Made by a program: the position numbers and the translations under genes | Shown here: in pieces, positions 58,725 to 64,000 of the stretch | How positions within the stretch are numbered: position 1 is the stretch's first letter | Layout: each line of letters starts with the position of its first letter | Source: Eledone cirrhosa | Taxonomy: Eukaryota | Length of the DNA: 64,000 bases | Direction of reading: 5' to 3' | Assembly (NCBI GenBank): GCA_964016885.1 | Contig: OZ024763.1 | Span: 7,254,001 to 7,318,000 of the forward strand | The notes under the pieces: generated by a model | Databases searched by the model: none | Told to the model about the DNA's origin: nothing | Seen by the model: only the letters and a program-made list of their open reading frames with translations

Positions 58725-59675
58725 GTTGTCCTCCCCACTTTATTGTGACAACTACTACTATTAATAATTTTAACAATATTTTTATTATTAATTCCACACG
58801 TCTCTTATCCTCAACACTTGCTATGGCTTTCCCTCTTACATGTGATATATACTTACTATATATTTACTAATCAACATTTAATGGAAGGTGTAGAGATGTG
58901 TGACGGGACATCTGGCGGAATCCTTAGTGGCGACATGAGAACTCCGTACACCTGTGCACCCGTATATATGTATATGTGTGTGTGTGTGTGTGTTCATAAG
59001 CCCAAATGTCTATGATTATAAGGTAACCCTATGTGTTATGTCGATGTCCATTTCCACATGGCATCTCTGGTCTTCGATGTTGTCGCCGCCTGCTTTACGT
59101 AGCATCTGAACTATCTAATATTTATTCAGAGAGGTTCTCCCGTCAAATCGCAAATATTCCTTTCTGACTCACGGAATACTTGTCTAGCATTATCGAGTGA
59201 AAGATATAAAAGATATCTCTGATGTTTCTATGTATGTATGTAGGGACTTATAACTTGTGAGGGAGTTGTAGAGGTCCCACATTGACATTCGGGGTGTTCG
59301 GGGCATTTTGTATAAGGTGACAGATCCGATCTCTACCCCAGATAGGTTATGTTTTCCTGAGACGGATATAGAGTGAGAGAAAGGAATTAAGAAAGAGATA
59401 TAGAAGAATTGACTCCAGTACTACACTGCTACTTCGTTCTAACTACCTCGAATGGTTCAATATTGGAACAAAATCTTTGATGTACCGATATAAGTCATAC
59501 CAGTTCTATTTGTGTGTTTATGTACATATCTGTTTCCGTCAGTGTACGTAGAGTAGCAAGTTCGGTTTTCACACGAGCAAGCATGTGTCCTGATGGTTTG
59601 TCAATCGTTATTATACTGGTATATATGTGCTTTTAATATATATGTATGAGTATTTGCATAGAAGTGTTTATGCAT

Positions 59676-59733
<58 letters not shown>

Positions 59734-60204
59734 GAGAAGATATGTATCATAAGAAAAGAGGAGACAAAAAAGTGTGGTTCAGTATACTAGACGCCAATAG
59801 CCGAAGCGAGGTGTGCTCAATGCTTAAGGTGTAGAGTTAAATATTAAAGAAGGGTTATTATTTAATGAATATATATGTGTACGTATATATGAAATCGCCC
59901 AGGTTGGGAAACCCAAGCTAAATAAAGATGGAGTTGAGAGATCAGTTTTTAAATAATTATCCCTTCTCTACTTCCCCTTGTCTGTAGACTGTATTCTAAA
60001 TATTATATAACAACCTTAATACTTAATAATATAGACATGAAAATATAAATGTTAATACAGTATTCCAGAAGAAAAATATAGATCTAATGGGAAGAGGTGA
60101 GATTAAAGGTAAATGACACCTCTCATTTGCAATATTTTTATTGTATTGTTGTATCTAAGTATTATAGATGATTTAAATTTTATTTTGTATAAAAAGAAAT
60201 ATCA

Positions 60205-60392
60205 TTGTTTCTACTTTTGGCACAAGGCCAACAATTATCCCAGTGCATGACTGGTACTTTATTTTATCGACCCCGTAAGGATAAAAGGTAAAGTTAACCT
60301 CAGCGGGATTTGAACTCAGAGCGTAAAGGGCCGTGACTCTTTGCTGCAAAGCATGGTGTCCGACTCTCTACTGATACTGCCAATCTACTGCC
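60205..60392 (-). mobile_element. tRNA-derived SINE
   Basis: Full-length reverse copy of the main family. Confidence 0.85.
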
Positions 60393-60614
60393 CTTAAAAT
60401 TGTATTATATTTCTTATAAAAAGAAATATAATACAATATTTACAGAACGAAAGCACAAACAAATATATAGTATAATATAATATAATATAAAGGAAAGGGA
60501 AAGGAAAAACAAAAGAAAAAAAACACAGAAGCTAGATGTTTCGACAGCTAGATCCGAACTAATTTGTTTACAACGTTTTTTTATATGAAATCGCATGTCG
60601 AAACAAATTATATT

Positions 60615-61218
60615 TGGGGAGGGTCATATTGTTATAACATTGCCAGAAATATATAATAAAACAGTTTGGGTTGGGTTGGTTTTGGCTTCCGTATATTCTA
60701 CATCCCTATAGTTAATTTAGCTGGCAATCAATGTTTATCATTGATTGACCAACTGTTTATATATATATATATTTATTTATAGTCTGAGTTCTTTCATCAC
60801 ACACTTGTGACATCATCAGTGATATTATTGTTTCTTCCCGTTGTATTGTAATGTTTACTTATTCAATTGTTTATTCATTTGTCTCGATTTCCGAATGTGT
60901 TTCTATGCGCGTTTTCTGTTTGGTTTGTGTTCGTGTTTGTATTCTATCTTTGGTCACTAGTGTGTATTTATATGGTTGTTGTTGTTCCATTCAAGTTTTC
61001 TGTTCTACTTCGGTTTTCTTGGTTCTATTTCAGTTGCTTCCCTAATTTGGGTTTTCTTAAAGGGTTAAGGTTTACTGATCAGGGATTTTATAGTAGATCC
61101 TGGCTTTTCTGCCACTTTAATCTTTCTTATGGCCTTTGATTGGTTGTTGTACATTAAAATACAACAGGAAGAAACAATAGGATCACTGATGTTACAGGTG
61201 TGTGACGAAAGAACTCTG

Positions 61219-61258
<40 letters not shown>

Positions 61259-61393
61259 TGTTGGTCAATCAATAAAACATTGATTGCTAGTTAAATTAAC
61301 TATAGGGATAGATATAAAATATATGGAAGTGAAATCCAACCCAAACCAAAAAGTGAGTTTTATTATTTCTGGAAATATAATAATATCCCCCAC

Positions 61394-61445
<52 letters not shown>

Positions 61446-61490
61446 GTGGGGGATATTATTATATTTCCAGAAATAATAAAACTCACTTTT
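60615..61490. repeat. Nested inverted repeats: 60615-60855 vs 61150-61400, plus a perfect palindrome at 61350-61489
   Basis: Reverse-complement matches are directly visible; the inner ends carry hammerhead-like cores. Confidence 0.85.
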
Positions 61491-61499
61491 ATTTATTTA

Positions 61500-61550
<51 letters not shown>

Positions 61551-61679
61551 ATATGTATACCCCATTTCTCTTTTTCTATTTATCATCTATTTATTTTTGA
61601 AATAACTTTTTATAGTAATGGGCTAGAATGGTTTGACGTTGTACCTCTGTAGTTAGACGACTTAGATTTTCCATGCATT

Positions 61680-61901
61680 ATGGCATGAAGCGACTGAGAG
61701 TACAAGACTCCACCCTGGACAGGGCGCCAGTCCATCGCAGGGTTAAACCCCCATCTATTGTTGGTACTCATTTTCAGCTGAGTCTACTGGGGCAACGTGA
61801 AATGAAGTGTTTTGCTCAAGAACACAACACAGAACCCAGGAATCGAACCCACGATGTTATGATTGTAAATCCAAGACTCTTACCACTAGGCCACGTGCCT
61901 C
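61680..61901 (-). mobile_element. tRNA-derived SINE with CORE-like central domain
   Basis: Reverse strand: GGCACGTGGCCTAGTGGTAAGAG...GGGTTCGATTCC...TCTTGAGCAAAACACTT...CAGCTGAAAATGAGTACC. Confidence 0.8.
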
Positions 61902-61969
61902 TACACACACACACGTTACCCTTCTACAACTACACGCATACTGATATCCCCTCCTGTTCAAAAGCCCCC

Positions 61970-62135
61970 ACACTATCTCCATGTTAGCCCCCCACACATA
62001 CACTCTCGCCATGTTTGTCCCCCACACACACACTTTCGCCATGTTTGTCCCCCCCACCACACTCTCGCCATGTTTGCACCCCACCACACTCTCGCCATGT
62101 TTACCCCCACCCCCCACCGCTCTCTTCATGTTAGC
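61970..62135 (+). repeat. ~30-bp C-rich minisatellite (CACTCTCGCCATGTTTG.CCCCCA)
   Basis: About 6 degenerate copies. Confidence 0.8.
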
Positions 62136-62502
62136 CATATTACCTCCACATTGTTGATGTTAACCCTATATTCTCTAAATTAACCCCCACACAAAAAATT
62201 ACCCCCCTACTCACACACACACCGTTCATATAACAAATATTGTTTTAATTTTGTAGTGACCCAGTCCCGTCCTGGCAACCTTACAGAAGAAGGGGACGTC
62301 ATTGTTCTGGCTGACCACACCAATACCCACCCATTTGCCCTCTGTCAACATAAACGTAAATATTATCTGAGATTGGTCTGGCTGTCTACCATCTCCAGTT
62401 TAAACTGACCGGAGATGGTAAACAACACTGTATATCTATGGTAAGTATTGTTGGTTTATATTAAGGCTGTGTATATGTGTTTGTGTGTGTGTTTGTGTGT
62501 AT

Positions 62503-62729
62503 TTAACACTTTAGCATTCACATTACTCTATATCTACTATCGTATTTTTACAGTGAAGACTTGATCTCCCATAATTATTCACATCGAATCTGAGATTTTG
62601 ATGATGATATTATTTACTTTGAAAACAATATCTTAACATCAGTATGTGTGGCTAGTTACGGTCGGTTTGAACAGAAAGAGGTGAGAGAATTTTGGCCAGA
62701 TATGGCCGGTTTAAATGTTAAAGGGTTAA
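62503..62729. mobile_element. piggyBac-like MITE
   Basis: TTAA-CACTTTAGCATT...AATGTTAAAGGG-TTAA. Confidence 0.8.
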
Positions 62730-63421
62730 ACATGCGTATGTGTTCTCTCCCGGTCTCTGTCTCTCTCTCTGAAGAGATGGGCTCCACCAGGTTTATAAAT
62801 GCCCAAGGCACACTCTACATCTCTATGGCGCCCCGACTCCTCCAAGAGTTGGGGTACACACACACATACACATGTGCAAGTAGAAGGGAGAGAGAACGTG
62901 AGATGGGAGACACACATACATGTATGTGTCTCTCCCATCTCAGGTTCTCTCTCTCTTCTACTTACACACACGCACACACACACACACACAATCTACATTC
63001 TCCCTCCCTTCCTTCCCTCAGCCACAATAACCTTCCACCACCACAAAAATTCAGCCACAAATACAGGGTGACCCCCCAAAATCCATACACATATTTATTA
63101 GAATATTGTTGAAGCGTGTATACATTTTTTGGGGACACCCTGTATATGATACATAAACTAAATAAATAAAACTAATAAATTAACCTTCTGACCCCTGGTG
63201 GTATTTCTTTCTTAGTAGGAGGAAACAACTGGTCACTACCAAATAGAAATTTATGTGCCAGAGGGAAGGAGTGATGCTATTGATCAAACACAAGCCAGGA
63301 GTATCATCTGCCCCTCTCCTGTACTGAAGGAGTCTACCAGTGTTGATGGTTATACCAACAGGTTTGTTATATCTATATAATCTATACATATTAGTATATT
63401 GGTCAAGTCGTATATTTGATT

Positions 63422-63470
<49 letters not shown>

Positions 63471-63477
63471 ATATATC

Positions 63478-63940
63478 TTTTCATACGTCTGAGTTTTCCT
63501 GCTTGCAAGGGTGGGACGGGTCCTATTCAGCACAACGTGTCTCCATCGTTACTGTCCTTCGTCGTCATCTGTGAGTTTCAGCGATCTGAGGTCAGCTCTC
63601 ACCACTCCTGCCCATGATTTTCGTGGTCTTCCTCTACTGCATCTTCCTTCTACTGGGATTTCTTGGCACTTCTTTACCCAGCGGTCATCCTCCATGCGCA
63701 TCACATGTCCATACCATCGCAGTCTTCCCTCCGGCACACGACAATTTATCCCTCTTATACCCAGTTTCTTTTTCAACTCGTCTATACTTGGTCGTTCACA
63801 CACATTGACATTGCACATCCAACGGAGCATGCTTGATTCATTTCTCTCCAGCCGTCTCATATCCTCCGCAGTTACTGCCCATCTCACACAGGCATCATAT
63901 AACTGGATTTTCGTTCGTAGGGAGAAACCCTTTGTCAACA
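63478..63940 (-). mobile_element. RTE-clade LINE 3' end
   Basis: LRTKIQLYDACVR...MLRWMC...RLRWYGHVMRM...VEGRCSRGRPRKSW, followed by a short 3' tail into (TA)n. Confidence 0.92.
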
Positions 63941-64000
63941 GAATGATATAGAAATGACTTCTACAGGACTAGAACTTTCATTTCAAGGAAATCGGGGCTT

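Larger units (their letters stand above)
47200..60110. repeat. Degenerate tandem segmental array of multi-kb units
   Basis: Homologous blocks: 47820-48500/51570-52300/56590-57470; 48620-49130/52310-52620/52730-53260/57475-57930; 49700-50230/55075-55580; 53740-54920/58960-60100; palindromes at 47.3, 51.1 and 56.1 kb. Confidence 0.85.

Overview
AT-rich eukaryotic DNA saturated with microsatellites. The SINE, RTE-LINE, MITE and Penelope content suggests a cephalopod (Octopus-like) genome; this is an inference. Almost all listed ORFs are (TA)n/(CA)n/satellite artefacts. Credible coding content: (i) the 3' end of a + strand septin gene (SEPT1/2/4/5 subgroup), with exons at 12408-12486 and 35373-35468 and a candidate 42-nt cassette exon at 2962-3003; its 22.9-kb last intron holds a 13.6-kb composite satellite; (ii) a convergent Ser/Lys/Arg-rich ORF on the - strand (38964-40109). 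The rest is tRNA-derived SINEs, RTE and CR1-like LINE relics, piggyBac-like and Tc1-like MITEs, and many Penelope-like termini, several palindromic and carrying minimal hammerhead-ribozyme motifs. At ~47-60 kb there is a degenerate tandem array of multi-kb units. Each combines a palindrome centred on inverted tRNA-like heads, a GATA/TATA promoter-like block, a CR1 relic and, in two units, a decaying exon-like block. All coordinates and alignments were read by eye.
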